The notes beneath the pieces were generated by a model. The model did not search any database, was not told the DNA's origin, and saw only the letters and a list, made by a program, of their open reading frames with translations. Shown here piece after piece: positions 20,971-30,069 of a stretch of DNA of 64,000 nt. The stretch is from an uncultured Elusimicrobia bacterium (GTDB taxonomy: Bacteria > Elusimicrobiota > Elusimicrobia > 2-01-FULL-59-12), in the NCBI GenBank assembly GCA_963702895.1, contig OY969767.1, forward strand, positions 512,001-576,000, in the 5' to 3' direction. How positions within the stretch are numbered: position 1 is the first letter of the stretch; each line of letters opens with the position of its first letter. Position numbers and translations under genes: made by a program.

Positions 20971-21870
20971 ATGAGCATATTAGTTAACAAGAATACGAAA
21001 CTCCTCGTTCAAGGGATCACCGGCACCGCCGGCGCCTTTCACGCGCGGGGTTGCCGGGACTACGGCACCAACGTGGTGGGAGGAGTCACGCCTGGCAAGG
21101 GGGGGACAACCCTGGACCAGATTCCCGTGTTTGATACCGTGTCTGAGGCGGTGGCTGCGACGGGGGCCCATGCGACGATGATTTTTGTTCCGGCGCCTTT
21201 TGCCGCCGACGCGATCCTCGAGGCGGCCGATGCGGGCCTGGAGACGATTGTGGCGATAACAGAAGGGATCCCGGTGTTGGATATGGCGCGCGTGAAAGCG
21301 GCGCTTGCCGCTTTCGGATGGAAAGGGCGGCTCATCGGCCCGAACGGTCCCGGCCTGATCACGCCGGGGGAGTGCAAAGTCGGGATTATGCCTGGGTATA
21401 TTCACAAACCGGGTTCCATCGGTGTCATTTCCCGTTCCGGGACGCTGACTTACGAGGCGGTGTGGCAGTTGACCCAACGGGGGATCGGCCAGTCGACCGT
21501 GGTCGGTATTGGCGGGGATCCCATTACGGGCTCAAGCTTCCTTGACCTCCTGGACCTCTTTGAGAAAGACCCACAGACTGAGGCGGTTCTGCTCATCGGC
21601 GAAATCGGTGGTCGACAGGAAGAAGAGGCGGCCGACTATTTTAAGAAATGCATGAAAAAACCTATGGCGGCTTTTATTGCGGGCCAAACCGCGCCGCCCG
21701 GCCGCCGCATGGGCCACGCGGGAGCGATTATTGAAGGAGCCCGTGGCACGGCGGAGCAGAAAATGAAATATTTGGAGAACGCGGGCATCCGGGTCGCCGG
21801 AACGCCTGAGGCGCTGGGGGAGACCGTGGCGGCGATCCTTCCCAAGGGCGCCGGGAGGGAAAAAGTGTGA
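20971..21870 (+). CDS. sucD: Succinyl-CoA synthetase alpha subunit
   Basis: [39 protein letters not shown]. Confidence 0.97.
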   Translation: MSILVNKNTKLLVQGITGTAGAFHARGCRDYGTNVVGGVTPGKGGTTLDQIPVFDTVSEAVAATGAHATMIFVPAPFAADAILEAADAGLETIVAITEGIPVLDMARVKAALAAFGWKGRLIGPNGPGLITPGECKVGIMPGYIHKPGSIGVISRSGTLTYEAVWQLTQRGIGQSTVVGIGGDPITGSSFLDLLDLFEKDPQTEAVLLIGEIGGRQEEEAADYFKKCMKKPMAAFIAGQTAPPGRRMGHAGAIIEGARGTAEQKMKYLENAGIRVAGTPEALGETVAAILPKGAGREKV

Positions 21871-22442
21871 TGCGTGATTTTATCTACAGTTTTATTCCCA
21901 TCTTTGTGGCCATGGACATCGGCGGCCTGATCCCGGTGTATCTGTCTCTTACGAAAGATCTCACCGCGAAAGAGCGGCGTCATGTGAGCCTTCAGGCGCT
22001 CATGACCGCTTTTTTCATCAGCATTCTTTTTGTGCTCGCAGGTCAATTGATCTTCCGTGTCCTGGGCATTACAGCCTCGGACTTTCAGATCGGCGGCGGC
22101 CTCCTGCTCCTGGTGCTTGCCATCATCGAAATGGTTCGCGGTGAACACCCCTTCGGGCCTTCCGGTCTTCAGGTCGGGGTTGTTCCCTTAGGGATCCCCC
22201 TCATCGTGGGTCCGGCGGTGCTCACCTCGCTTCTCATCCTCATTGATCTTCGGGGCTACACGATGACGCTGTCGGCCCTGATGGTCAACCTTGCCCTCGT
22301 GGCCCTGGCCTTTCGTTTCAGCCAGCGGCTCGTCAAAAGGATGGGACAGAACGGTCTGCGCGCGACCTCTCAGGTGGTGAGTCTCTTCCTGGTCGCGATC
22401 GCTGTCAGCATGATTCGCCGCGGCTTAGAGTCCCTTCGATAA
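21870..22442 (+). CDS. MarC-family membrane protein
   Basis: F.IGGGLLL, VVPLGIPLIVGP, six hydrophobic segments. Confidence 0.9.
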   Translation: MRDFIYSFIPIFVAMDIGGLIPVYLSLTKDLTAKERRHVSLQALMTAFFISILFVLAGQLIFRVLGITASDFQIGGGLLLLVLAIIEMVRGEHPFGPSGLQVGVVPLGIPLIVGPAVLTSLLILIDLRGYTMTLSALMVNLALVALAFRFSQRLVKRMGQNGLRATSQVVSLFLVAIAVSMIRRGLESLR

Positions 22443-22484
22443 GTCCTTGACTTCCGTCTAAAGACCTGTCAGTAAACAATCGCC

Positions 22485-23264
22485 ATGATTTTGAAGCCAT
22501 GCCCCTTTTGTCACAAAGAAATTCCCCGCTCGATCACGGTCTGCCCGTATTGCCACCGAGATGAAAAGGGCAAATCCATTGTGATGGACTCCGCGCTCGT
22601 CGAAATCCCGGAGTCTGATCGGCGCTTGCAGGAGGATCTTGCGGCCCTTTCGAGCGATGATCCCTATACGCGGGAGCAGGCCATTGTTCAGCTGTCCCAG
22701 CGCGGCTCAGCGGCTGTCCCGGCGCTGATGTCTATCTTGAACGACTTTTCAAAGCCCGGATTGGCGGGGGTGGCAAGAGCCCTCGGAAAAATTGGGGAAA
22801 AACGGGCGGTTTCTGTCCTTGCCCATGCGGCCAAACTGGGCGATGAAGAGCTCCGCATGGGGGCCGTTTGGGCACTGGCCCAAATCCACGATCCGGAGTC
22901 TCTTCCGTCTCTACTTCGGGAAGCCGAGCGCCCGCATCCCGTCGTCCAAAGCTTTATTGCGTTTACGCTGGGGACGTTCCAGGACGCTCGGGTGGTCCCC
23001 GTCTTGTCCAAACTCGCGATTCACCCGAATCGAGAGGTCGCGTTTCAAGCGTCTTGCGCTCTGGGGGAAGTGGGGGGGCAGGACAGCATTAGGGCCCTCA
23101 AGAAAGCGTGGCGCAAAGGAGATAACCTCGTTCGCGCGGCCAGCGCTTCGGCCTTGCGGCGTCTCGGGGCGCGTCCTTCCAGAATCCCCATCGGGCCATG
23201 GTTAGTGTGTGGGATGTTTTTCGCGTCACTTGGGGCGGGGCTTGCCTTCTTTTTCTACAAATAG
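22485..23264 (+). CDS. HEAT-repeat protein with N-terminal zinc ribbon and C-terminal membrane anchor
   Basis: CPFC..CPYC; repeated A..ALG.IG/VR..AA.AL units; hydrophobic C-tail. Confidence 0.8.
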   Translation: MILKPCPFCHKEIPRSITVCPYCHRDEKGKSIVMDSALVEIPESDRRLQEDLAALSSDDPYTREQAIVQLSQRGSAAVPALMSILNDFSKPGLAGVARALGKIGEKRAVSVLAHAAKLGDEELRMGAVWALAQIHDPESLPSLLREAERPHPVVQSFIAFTLGTFQDARVVPVLSKLAIHPNREVAFQASCALGEVGGQDSIRALKKAWRKGDNLVRAASASALRRLGARPSRIPIGPWLVCGMFFASLGAGLAFFFYK

Positions 23265-24217
23265 AATTCCCTTAAGACCATCTCCGTACGTTTAAGAATC
23301 TGTTGTGGGTCAAGGGGTTTCCTTAGGAAACCGTTGGCTCCAATTTTCAGCGATTGTTGCACAACCTCACCCGTCGTTTGTCCCGACATGGCGATGACCG
23401 GGACTTGCGACATGGAAGGATCGGCCCGCAGACTGGTCAGGAATTCCCAGCCTGTTTTCCAGGCCAGATCAAGACTGAGAAGAATCAGATGAGGGGACCA
23501 GGTCCCCATGGAGACGGTCGCCTGGTTTTGATTAAAGACGAAGAAGGCGTCAAAGCGGTTTTGAGAGAGCGCTTTTTTCAGGCTGCTGAGGGTCTCCAGC
23601 TCCGGTTCAATGACAAGAATTCGTGCGGGCTCAGGCATCTTGCGCGCTTTGGAGGTCGTCGCCCTTCCCTCGGGCGCCAGGTCATAGACGTTGGTGCCCA
23701 AGGCGGCGTTCCACCCCATACGCTGGAATTGTTTCGCCTGCTGCCCGAGGAGCGAGACGGTGGCTTCGGAAAACCAGGCGTGATTGGCCAAGGCCCCCTG
23801 CTGGAGCTTGGCCGTGATATCCAGCGTACGCGAGATGATTTCGCCCGAGGACATATGTTCACTTTGCAGCACCTGGCCTGTATGAACGCCGAGACGAAGC
23901 GTAAGAGGACGTGTGAGGTGGTTTTGTTTTCTATTGAATTCGGGCAAAGAGCGAAGAAGTTCCCCGGCCATCCGCAGCGCGTCATCGGGTTTTTGGAAGC
24001 GGCACATGATGCCGTCGCCTGAAATCGTCGCCACCTCGCCATGGTGGGTATAAGCGAGCCCCGAGACCAGCTTGTGATATGCTAAAAATGTGTAGATAAT
24101 ATCTTGCTCGTTCTGGCCGTTTTTGAGTTGTGTGGAGCCCGCGACATCAATGGACATAAAGGTGCAGATCTGTGCGGAAAGATTGAGGAGTTCAGAAAGG
24201 TTTGCCTTAGAATCCAT
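23255..24217 (-). CDS. Class III nucleotide cyclase-like domain fused to a degenerate receiver domain
   Basis: IDVAGST, GDG, LRLGVHTG; C-terminal ILVIE..LILLS..GWEFL..GANGFLRKP. Confidence 0.8.
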   Translation of the reverse strand: MDSKANLSELLNLSAQICTFMSIDVAGSTQLKNGQNEQDIIYTFLAYHKLVSGLAYTHHGEVATISGDGIMCRFQKPDDALRMAGELLRSLPEFNRKQNHLTRPLTLRLGVHTGQVLQSEHMSSGEIISRTLDITAKLQQGALANHAWFSEATVSLLGQQAKQFQRMGWNAALGTNVYDLAPEGRATTSKARKMPEPARILVIEPELETLSSLKKALSQNRFDAFFVFNQNQATVSMGTWSPHLILLSLDLAWKTGWEFLTSLRADPSMSQVPVIAMSGQTTGEVVQQSLKIGANGFLRKPLDPQQILKRTEMVLREFYL

Positions 24218-24253
24218 GCGTCAATTGGATATATCTAAAACGGGGCTCTTGCA

Positions 24254-24772
24254 ATGGGTAAACTCTTAAGCGGCCGGTATGGTTCCAAGCCACAGGCGGA
24301 GTCCTTCTCTCTGTCTCTTACGGAGTGCGCTCAAAAACTGAACTTAAAGCCCTCTGATTTTGTCTCCGAAGGACCTCCTCAATTCTTTGAGAAGAGTTTC
24401 GGTTCCTCCAGTCACTATTTGCTTTTCTATGTCTCGTCCGAGGATGTGAAAGATAAGCCGATCTGGAAAACCGGGTATTATCTTTTGCCGCTAGAGGCCA
24501 AGGAGGTTCTGGCAGCCATTGAGCGGCGTCGTCGTGGGGCCAGCGAAGAAGAGAACCTCCTTCCTCTCGAGTGGGAGGAAGAGGCAGAGGCCCCGCCCCC
24601 CATCAAGGACAAAGCCATGGCTTGGGGCAGAAAGTCCCAACCCCTTTTCTTTCTTTGTTCCTGCAAAAGCCTAAAAATCCGTCTTTATCCGCCCTGGGCC
24701 ATGCGTACAAAATGGAAGGCACGCCTACGCTGCGCGGGCAAATGCCAGCCGCCCATCACCACCCTCCTCTAA
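24254..24772 (+). CDS. Hypothetical protein with C-terminal Cys cluster
   Basis: 172-aa ORF filling the gap before the tRNA; CSC...C..KC. Confidence 0.55.
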   Translation: MGKLLSGRYGSKPQAESFSLSLTECAQKLNLKPSDFVSEGPPQFFEKSFGSSSHYLLFYVSSEDVKDKPIWKTGYYLLPLEAKEVLAAIERRRRGASEEENLLPLEWEEEAEAPPPIKDKAMAWGRKSQPLFFLCSCKSLKIRLYPPWAMRTKWKARLRCAGKCQPPITTLL

Positions 24773-24782
24773 AGAGGCTAAA

Positions 24783-24791
24783 TGATATAAT
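24783..24791 (+). promoter_or_regulatory. Extended -10 promoter (TGnTATAAT) upstream of the tRNA
   Basis: tgatataat, 24 nt before the tRNA 5' end. Confidence 0.55.
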
Positions 24792-24815
24792 TACCGTCGA
24801 TTTTGAAACATTTTT

Positions 24816-24889
24816 GGCAGGGTAGCTCAGCTGGTTAGAGCGTTCGCTTCATAAGCGAGAGGTCGAGGGTTCGAGTCCCTCCCCTGCTA
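24816..24889 (+). tRNA. tRNA-Met(CAT), probably elongator; CCA not encoded
   Basis: GGCAGGG/CCCTGCT acceptor, TAGCTCAGCTGGTTAGAGC D-arm, TTCGC-TTCATAA-GCGAG anticodon arm, GAGGG-TTCGAGT-CCCTC T-arm; lacks initiator features. Confidence 0.93.
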
Positions 24890-25030
24890 CGTTTTGAGTG
24901 CAGGAAGAAAGCCTCGGCTTGCATAATCCATGACCAGCACATACTCATTGCTCATCCCCCATACGAACGGGGGATTGTCCCACCCTATGATCTCAAAGGA
25001 ATGGGACGTCGCTCGTTGCTCGTTGCTCCC

Positions 25031-25798
25031 ATGCTGACGCTCTGGCCGCATCGAGCACCGGCGCTCGTGATCGGACACCGCGGCGCGATGGGCTATGCTC
25101 CCGAAAACACCCTGGTATCCTTTGAGGAAGGGATCCGCCGGGGCGCAGACCTGATTGAGCTGGACGTCCAACTGACCCAGGACGGCAAGATTGTGGTCAT
25201 GCATGATACCTCTGTCGACAGGACCACGGACGGCTCCGGAGTTGTCCGCGATTTGCCCTGGCGAAAAATCCAGACCCTTGATGCAGGGATCTGGTATGGG
25301 CCGGATTATGCCCAGGAGGGCGTCCCTTGCCTGGAGGATGTGATTGCCCGTTTCCGGGATAAGAAGACCGCCAGTCGGAACGATCTCGGTTTTGTGATTG
25401 AACTGAAGACCATTCGCGGCAGTGGGGGGTCTCTCGCGGATGCGGTCGTCGAGCTCCTGATGAAGGAGAACTTCACTGACCGCTGCATGATAATCTCGTT
25501 TGATACCGTGGCGCTCCAGGAAGTCCGGTCCGCGCACAAGACCCTGCCCACGGGCCTTCTCTTTAACGAAGAATCCGAAGAGGGACGTATCGATCAGGCG
25601 AAAGCGATCGGCGCACAGGCCATTTTCCCCAGGAAAACATGGGTCACCTCCAAGGGGATCTCTGTTGCCCATAAGGCTGGACTCACGGTAGGGACTTGGA
25701 CCTGCAATACGAAAAATGAGATGAAGCGCATGATCGAGTGCGGCGTGGACGCCATCGCCACCAATTATCCAGACCGCCTGCGGTCTTTAATGGAGTAA
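25031..25798 (+). CDS. Glycerophosphodiester phosphodiesterase
   Basis: IGHRGA...PENTL, IELDVQLTQDG..VVMHD, IELK, GVDAIATNYPD. Confidence 0.93.
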   Translation: MLTLWPHRAPALVIGHRGAMGYAPENTLVSFEEGIRRGADLIELDVQLTQDGKIVVMHDTSVDRTTDGSGVVRDLPWRKIQTLDAGIWYGPDYAQEGVPCLEDVIARFRDKKTASRNDLGFVIELKTIRGSGGSLADAVVELLMKENFTDRCMIISFDTVALQEVRSAHKTLPTGLLFNEESEEGRIDQAKAIGAQAIFPRKTWVTSKGISVAHKAGLTVGTWTCNTKNEMKRMIECGVDAIATNYPDRLRSLME

Positions 25799-25819
25799 TG
25801 GACGTGATTAAGTGATTAG

Positions 25820-25963
25820 CAGGGTGCCGAAAAAGGATATCGACGCCTCTTTTGACGTCACCCCGGCGGAAGCCGGGGTCCAGTTCGTCGACGATGTTCT
25901 GGATTCCGGCTTTCGCCGGAATGACGGCCAATAAGACCTTCTGAAGGGTTTTTCGGCAGCCTG
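25820..25963. mobile_element. 144-bp MITE with 15-bp TIRs and TTAG target duplication
   Basis: CAGGGTGCCGAAAAA ... TTTTTCGGCAGCCTG (14/15); TTAG at 25816-25819 and 25964-25967. Confidence 0.75.
25857..25925. repeat. Family A REP-like doublet, short-loop type
   Basis: gtcaccccggcggaagccggggtccag ... ctggattccggctttcgccggaatgac; arms match the flanks of the GIY-YIG gene at 31327 (26/27 and 27/27). Confidence 0.92.
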
Positions 25964-26066
25964 TTAGGTGATTAAGTGATTGGGGGATGCCAAGAGGAAA
26001 GCGATAAATAATCACTTAATCTTGGCCGCCCCCCTAATCACTTAATCACCTAATCACGACCAATTT

Positions 26067-26756
26067 ATGCTAAGAGCCATTATTTTCGACATGGACGGCG
26101 TCATCTGTGACTCCGAACCCCTCCACATGCAGGCCTTTCAGGATATTCTTAAGGCGGAGGGCGTCTCAATCACGGACCAGGAATACTATGACAAGTACCT
26201 CGCCCATGATGATCGGGGGAGTTTCGAGGCTGCCCTCCAAGCTCACCAGCGTCCGCAGCCCGATCCCAAGCGTATGAAAGCGCTTCTGTCCGCCAAGGCC
26301 CGCGCCTTCGAAGCGCGCATGAAGAATCACCTGGTGATCTATCCCGGCGTGGATGCGTTCATCAGGAAAGTCAGCCAACGATATTCTCTGGCGATCGCTT
26401 CCGGCGCGCGCCGCCTCGAGGTTGAATATGTTCTCAAAAAAGCCAAAATCCGAGATGCCTTTGCAGCGATTGTGAGCGCCGATGAGGTCAAGATTGGGAA
26501 ACCCCAGCCGGAGGCGTTTCTGCGCGCCCTCGAGCTCCTCAACCAGGTTCGGCTCGAGGGCGCGCCCGCCCTCGAACCCGCACAAACGCTGGTGATTGAA
26601 GACTCTCCACGATGCATACGAACGGCCAATGCTCTTGGCATGAAGACCGTGGGAATGGCCAGTTCCTATAGCGCGGAAGAGCTTCGCGAAGCCAATCTTG
26701 TCGTGAATACGCTCGCCGGTCTTGAGTTAGACGCCCTGGAGAAGCTCTTTGCCTAG
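26067..26756 (+). CDS. HAD-family phosphatase (beta-PGM/CbbY-like)
   Basis: FDMDGVICDSE, GKPQPE, VIEDS. Confidence 0.92.
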   Translation: MLRAIIFDMDGVICDSEPLHMQAFQDILKAEGVSITDQEYYDKYLAHDDRGSFEAALQAHQRPQPDPKRMKALLSAKARAFEARMKNHLVIYPGVDAFIRKVSQRYSLAIASGARRLEVEYVLKKAKIRDAFAAIVSADEVKIGKPQPEAFLRALELLNQVRLEGAPALEPAQTLVIEDSPRCIRTANALGMKTVGMASSYSAEELREANLVVNTLAGLELDALEKLFA

Positions 26757-26757
26757 C

Positions 26758-27660
26758 ATGGTTCAAAACCGTCAATGCCTTCCACCGGAGGTGGCAGCAG
26801 TCGCTCAGCGCACGTGGACCTTAGAGGAATCCCTGGCCTATTGCACGCGTCTGAGCCTGGGCCATTACGAGAATTTCCCAGTAGGCTCCTTTCTGGTTCC
26901 CGCAGGACTGCGCCCGGCCATTCACAGTCTTTACGCCTTTATGCGCACAGCTGACGATTTCTCTGATGAGGGCCGGCGCCCCGGCGATGAGGAGGAACGG
27001 CTGGGCTACCTCCAGACCTGGGACGAGATGCTCACGGATTGCGAGCATGGAAAAGCGGAGCATCCGATCTTCATCGCGCTGCGGGCAACCCTTGAAAAGC
27101 ACCAGCTCCCCACGGTCTGGCTGCATGATCTGCTCAGGGCCTTCATGATGGATTGCACGGTCCGGCAATACCCAACGTTCGGGGATCTTTTAGAGTATTG
27201 TCGTTATTCCGCAAATCCTGTTGGCAGGCTTATTCTCACGCTTTTTGGGTATCGGGAGGAGGAGCTTTACCGTCTGTCAGATTTGATTTGCACGGGGCTG
27301 CAGCTGGCGAACCATTGGCAGGATGTGGCCATCGACCTGGAAAAAGAGCGTGTCTATGTGCCGCAGGAAGATTTACTTCGTTTCGGCGTTCTGTTGGACC
27401 AGGAAGCAGCAAAGCCCATCAGCGCTTCGTTCGGCAGGCTCATGGCCTTCGAAGTCGAGCGGGCACGCGAGTTTTTTCTTCAGGGGCAGTCCTTGCCGGA
27501 TCGTGTGCGCGGCCGCTTGCGCCTGGAGCTCCGTTTCACCTGGAAAGGAGGAGTCCGGATTCTCGAGAAAATCAAGCAGGCAGACCATGACGTGTTCCGT
27601 CACCGTCCGGAGGTGACCAAGCTCGACTGGCTTTCGATCGCCGTGAGCACCCTCTTTTAA
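26758..27660 (+). CDS. hpnC: Squalene synthase HpnC
   Basis: HYENFPVGS, ADDFSDE, YCRYSANPVGR, LQLANHWQDV. Confidence 0.92.
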   Translation: MVQNRQCLPPEVAAVAQRTWTLEESLAYCTRLSLGHYENFPVGSFLVPAGLRPAIHSLYAFMRTADDFSDEGRRPGDEEERLGYLQTWDEMLTDCEHGKAEHPIFIALRATLEKHQLPTVWLHDLLRAFMMDCTVRQYPTFGDLLEYCRYSANPVGRLILTLFGYREEELYRLSDLICTGLQLANHWQDVAIDLEKERVYVPQEDLLRFGVLLDQEAAKPISASFGRLMAFEVERAREFFLQGQSLPDRVRGRLRLELRFTWKGGVRILEKIKQADHDVFRHRPEVTKLDWLSIAVSTLF

Positions 27661-28491
27661 ATGGACCATCACTACGTCAACACCGTTGCTCGGCAAAGCG
27701 GCAGCAATTTCTATTATTCGTTTTTCGCTCTCCCCAAGGAAAAGAGAGAAGCGATCACGGCGGTGTACGCCTTTTGTCGGGAAGTCGATGATGCGGTGGA
27801 CGCTCCGGGTCAGGCCAACCCAGCGGCCGAAGTGGAAAAGTGGAAACAAGAGATCGCCCGCACCTACGAGGGCAGACCCACCCTCCCTCTGACGCGCTCG
27901 CTTGCCCATGCCATTGAGCGGTTCGATTTGTCCCGCGTCTACTTTGATGGCGTTCTGCAAGGTGTTTCCATGGACCTGGGGCGCAGCCGCTACGCCACGT
28001 TTGAAGAACTTTCCACGTATTGTTATCACGTGGCTGGCGAAGTGGGCCTTTTGTGCATGGAAATCTTTGGCTACAGGTCCGAACGCCTGAAATCCTACGC
28101 CATCAAACTCGGCACCGCTTTTCAGCTCACCAACATCCTTCGTGATGTGGGGACCGATGCCGACCGGGGCCGCCTTTATCTCCCGGGAGAGGACTTGCGT
28201 CGTTTTGGGGCCGAGGAGGCCGATGTCTTAAACAAGCGCCTAACGCCCAATCTGCGTCGTCTTTTGGCCTTTGAGGCCCGTCGCGCGAGAGGCTTCTATC
28301 GGGAAGCCTCTGAGCTTCCGACGCAAGAGGAGCGTCCTGCGCTTCGTGCCGCCGAAATCATGCGTGCTGTTTATGAGAACATTCTTGAGCGCCTGGAGCG
28401 TAAGAACTATGACGTCTTTGCCGGGCGCATTCGCGTGCCAGCGCCCCTCAAAATCTGGTTGGCTCTCAAGACTTGGTGGGATTGCCGATAA
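27661..28491 (+). CDS. hpnD: Presqualene diphosphate synthase HpnD
   Basis: SGSNFYYSF, YAFCREVDDAVD, QLTNILRDV..D..RGRLYLP. Confidence 0.92.
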   Translation: MDHHYVNTVARQSGSNFYYSFFALPKEKREAITAVYAFCREVDDAVDAPGQANPAAEVEKWKQEIARTYEGRPTLPLTRSLAHAIERFDLSRVYFDGVLQGVSMDLGRSRYATFEELSTYCYHVAGEVGLLCMEIFGYRSERLKSYAIKLGTAFQLTNILRDVGTDADRGRLYLPGEDLRRFGAEEADVLNKRLTPNLRRLLAFEARRARGFYREASELPTQEERPALRAAEIMRAVYENILERLERKNYDVFAGRIRVPAPLKIWLALKTWWDCR

Positions 28492-28582
28492 TGGATCGAA
28501 CCGGAGAGGCGGCGCACCGGCGGATCGGCGAAGCGATCACGTCGCGGCTGTGCGGTATTCCCGAGTCGCCGGAACGAATTTC

Positions 28583-29953
28583 ATGACCAAGAAAGTCATT
28601 ATCATTGGCGGGGGCTTTGCGGGGCTCTCTGCCGCGACGGCGCTGCTGGAAAAAAAATATGACGTGACCTTGCTGGAAGGCCGGCAAACCTTGGGTGGCC
28701 GGGCTTTTTCTTTTGAGGACACCGTGACGGGTGATTCCGTCGATAATGGCCAGCACCTTTTCATGGGTTGCTACCGGGAGACCCTCAAGTTTCTCGAGCG
28801 CATCGGCGCGGAGAAAGGCCTGACTTTTCAGCAGGCCTTGACGATCCCCTTTGTTGGATCAGGGCGCCTGCGCGGGCATCTTCGATGCTTCCCCCTGCCC
28901 GCCCCCTGGCACCTTTACAGCGGACTCCTGCGCCTCAAAACGTTGTCTTGGTCAGACCGCTGGCGTCTGCGGCAGGTCGAGAAGGAGTTGCATAAGAAGA
29001 CCGCTCCAGAAGAGTTGGACCGCATCACGGTGGAGGAGTGGCTGACCCAATGCCGCCAGTCCGAGCGCGCGCGTCGGCATTTATGGGACCTGCTCACGAT
29101 TGCCTGTTTGAATGAAGTCCCGCAGGTGGCCTCGGCCCTGCCGTTTGTCGCGGTGCTCAAGCAGGCATTCTTTGAGGATTCCAAGGGCTCTCAACTCGCT
29201 TTTGCCAATGTCGGGCTTTCCGATCTCTATGTGAAAGACGCTCTTCACTATATCGCGTCGAGGGGCGGGAAAGTCTTTGCGAAATCCCCCGTGCAGCGTC
29301 TTGAAATGCACGCCGGCAAAGTCTCCGGGGTGCTGTTGAGGAATGGCGAAAGTATGGAGGCCGACGCCGTGGTGAGCGCCGTTCCCTCCTGGGCGCTTTT
29401 AAAACTTGTACCGCAGGAGGCTCTCGACCGCGAGCCGTATTTCCATAATTTAAACAGGCTTTCTTACTCGCCGATCCTCTCGATCCATCTCTGGTTTGAT
29501 CGAGCGATCACGCGCGACCTCTTCGCGGGGCTGCTCGGTACGCAAATCCAGTGGCTTTTTAACCGGTCCCGCATGCACCGCGACCCCAAAACGCGTGAGG
29601 GCTATGTGTCTTTGGTGATCAGCGGCGCGCATGCGTTTGTCGATTGGGACGAGAAGAAGATCCTGAGCATGGCGCTGGCCGAGCTCAAACGTCTTTATCC
29701 AGAAGCCAGCTCAGCGGCCTTGGTGCGCTCCCTTGTGATGAAGGAATCACACGCTACGCTATCGCCGAAAGTCGGGACAGAGCGATGGCGCCCCACGCCC
29801 CAATCACCGCTTCCAAATCTCTGGGTCGCTGGCGATTGGACCAAAACCGGACTGCCGGCCACCATTGAAAGCGCCTGCCTGAGCGGGCATGCCTGCGCCG
29901 AGCTGATTGCGAAGACGATGGAGCCCGCGCCGCGAGAGAGCGTCTGCGCCTGA
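28583..29953 (+). CDS. hpnE: Hydroxysqualene dehydroxylase HpnE
   Basis: GGGFAGLSAA, GGRAFSF, DNGQHLFMGCY, AGDWT.TGLPATIESA. Confidence 0.92.
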   Translation: MTKKVIIIGGGFAGLSAATALLEKKYDVTLLEGRQTLGGRAFSFEDTVTGDSVDNGQHLFMGCYRETLKFLERIGAEKGLTFQQALTIPFVGSGRLRGHLRCFPLPAPWHLYSGLLRLKTLSWSDRWRLRQVEKELHKKTAPEELDRITVEEWLTQCRQSERARRHLWDLLTIACLNEVPQVASALPFVAVLKQAFFEDSKGSQLAFANVGLSDLYVKDALHYIASRGGKVFAKSPVQRLEMHAGKVSGVLLRNGESMEADAVVSAVPSWALLKLVPQEALDREPYFHNLNRLSYSPILSIHLWFDRAITRDLFAGLLGTQIQWLFNRSRMHRDPKTREGYVSLVISGAHAFVDWDEKKILSMALAELKRLYPEASSAALVRSLVMKESHATLSPKVGTERWRPTPQSPLPNLWVAGDWTKTGLPATIESACLSGHACAELIAKTMEPAPRESVCA

Positions 29954-29995
29954 TCAGGCTGGACAGGCAAGGGAGAGTTCAGGAGTAAAACGGCT

Positions 29996-30058
29996 GTCAC
30001 CCCGGCGGATTGTTAGCCGGGGTCTATCATGATGGATCCCGGCTTTCGCCGGGATGAC
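29996..30058. repeat. Family A REP-like doublet (long-loop left arm, short-loop right arm)
   Basis: gtcaccccggcggattgttagccggggtctatcatgatggatcccggctttcgccgggatgac. Confidence 0.9.
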
Positions 30059-30069
30059 GAAAGAAAAGG

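Larger units (their letters stand above)
25804..26057. repeat. Inverted octamer array (GTGATTAR)n ... (YTAATCAC)n interrupted by a MITE
   Basis: gtgattaa gtgattag | MITE | gtgattaa gtgattgg ... taatcact taatcacc taatcac (26035-26057). Confidence 0.8.

Noticed and set aside
24816..24889. tRNA as prophage or island attachment site
   Set aside because: No integrase nearby and no duplicated tRNA 3' end seen in the window.
28271..28582. N-terminal extension of HpnE in the ORF track
   Set aside because: It overlaps hpnD and a degenerate octamer repeat; the FAD-binding motif starts right after ATG 28583.
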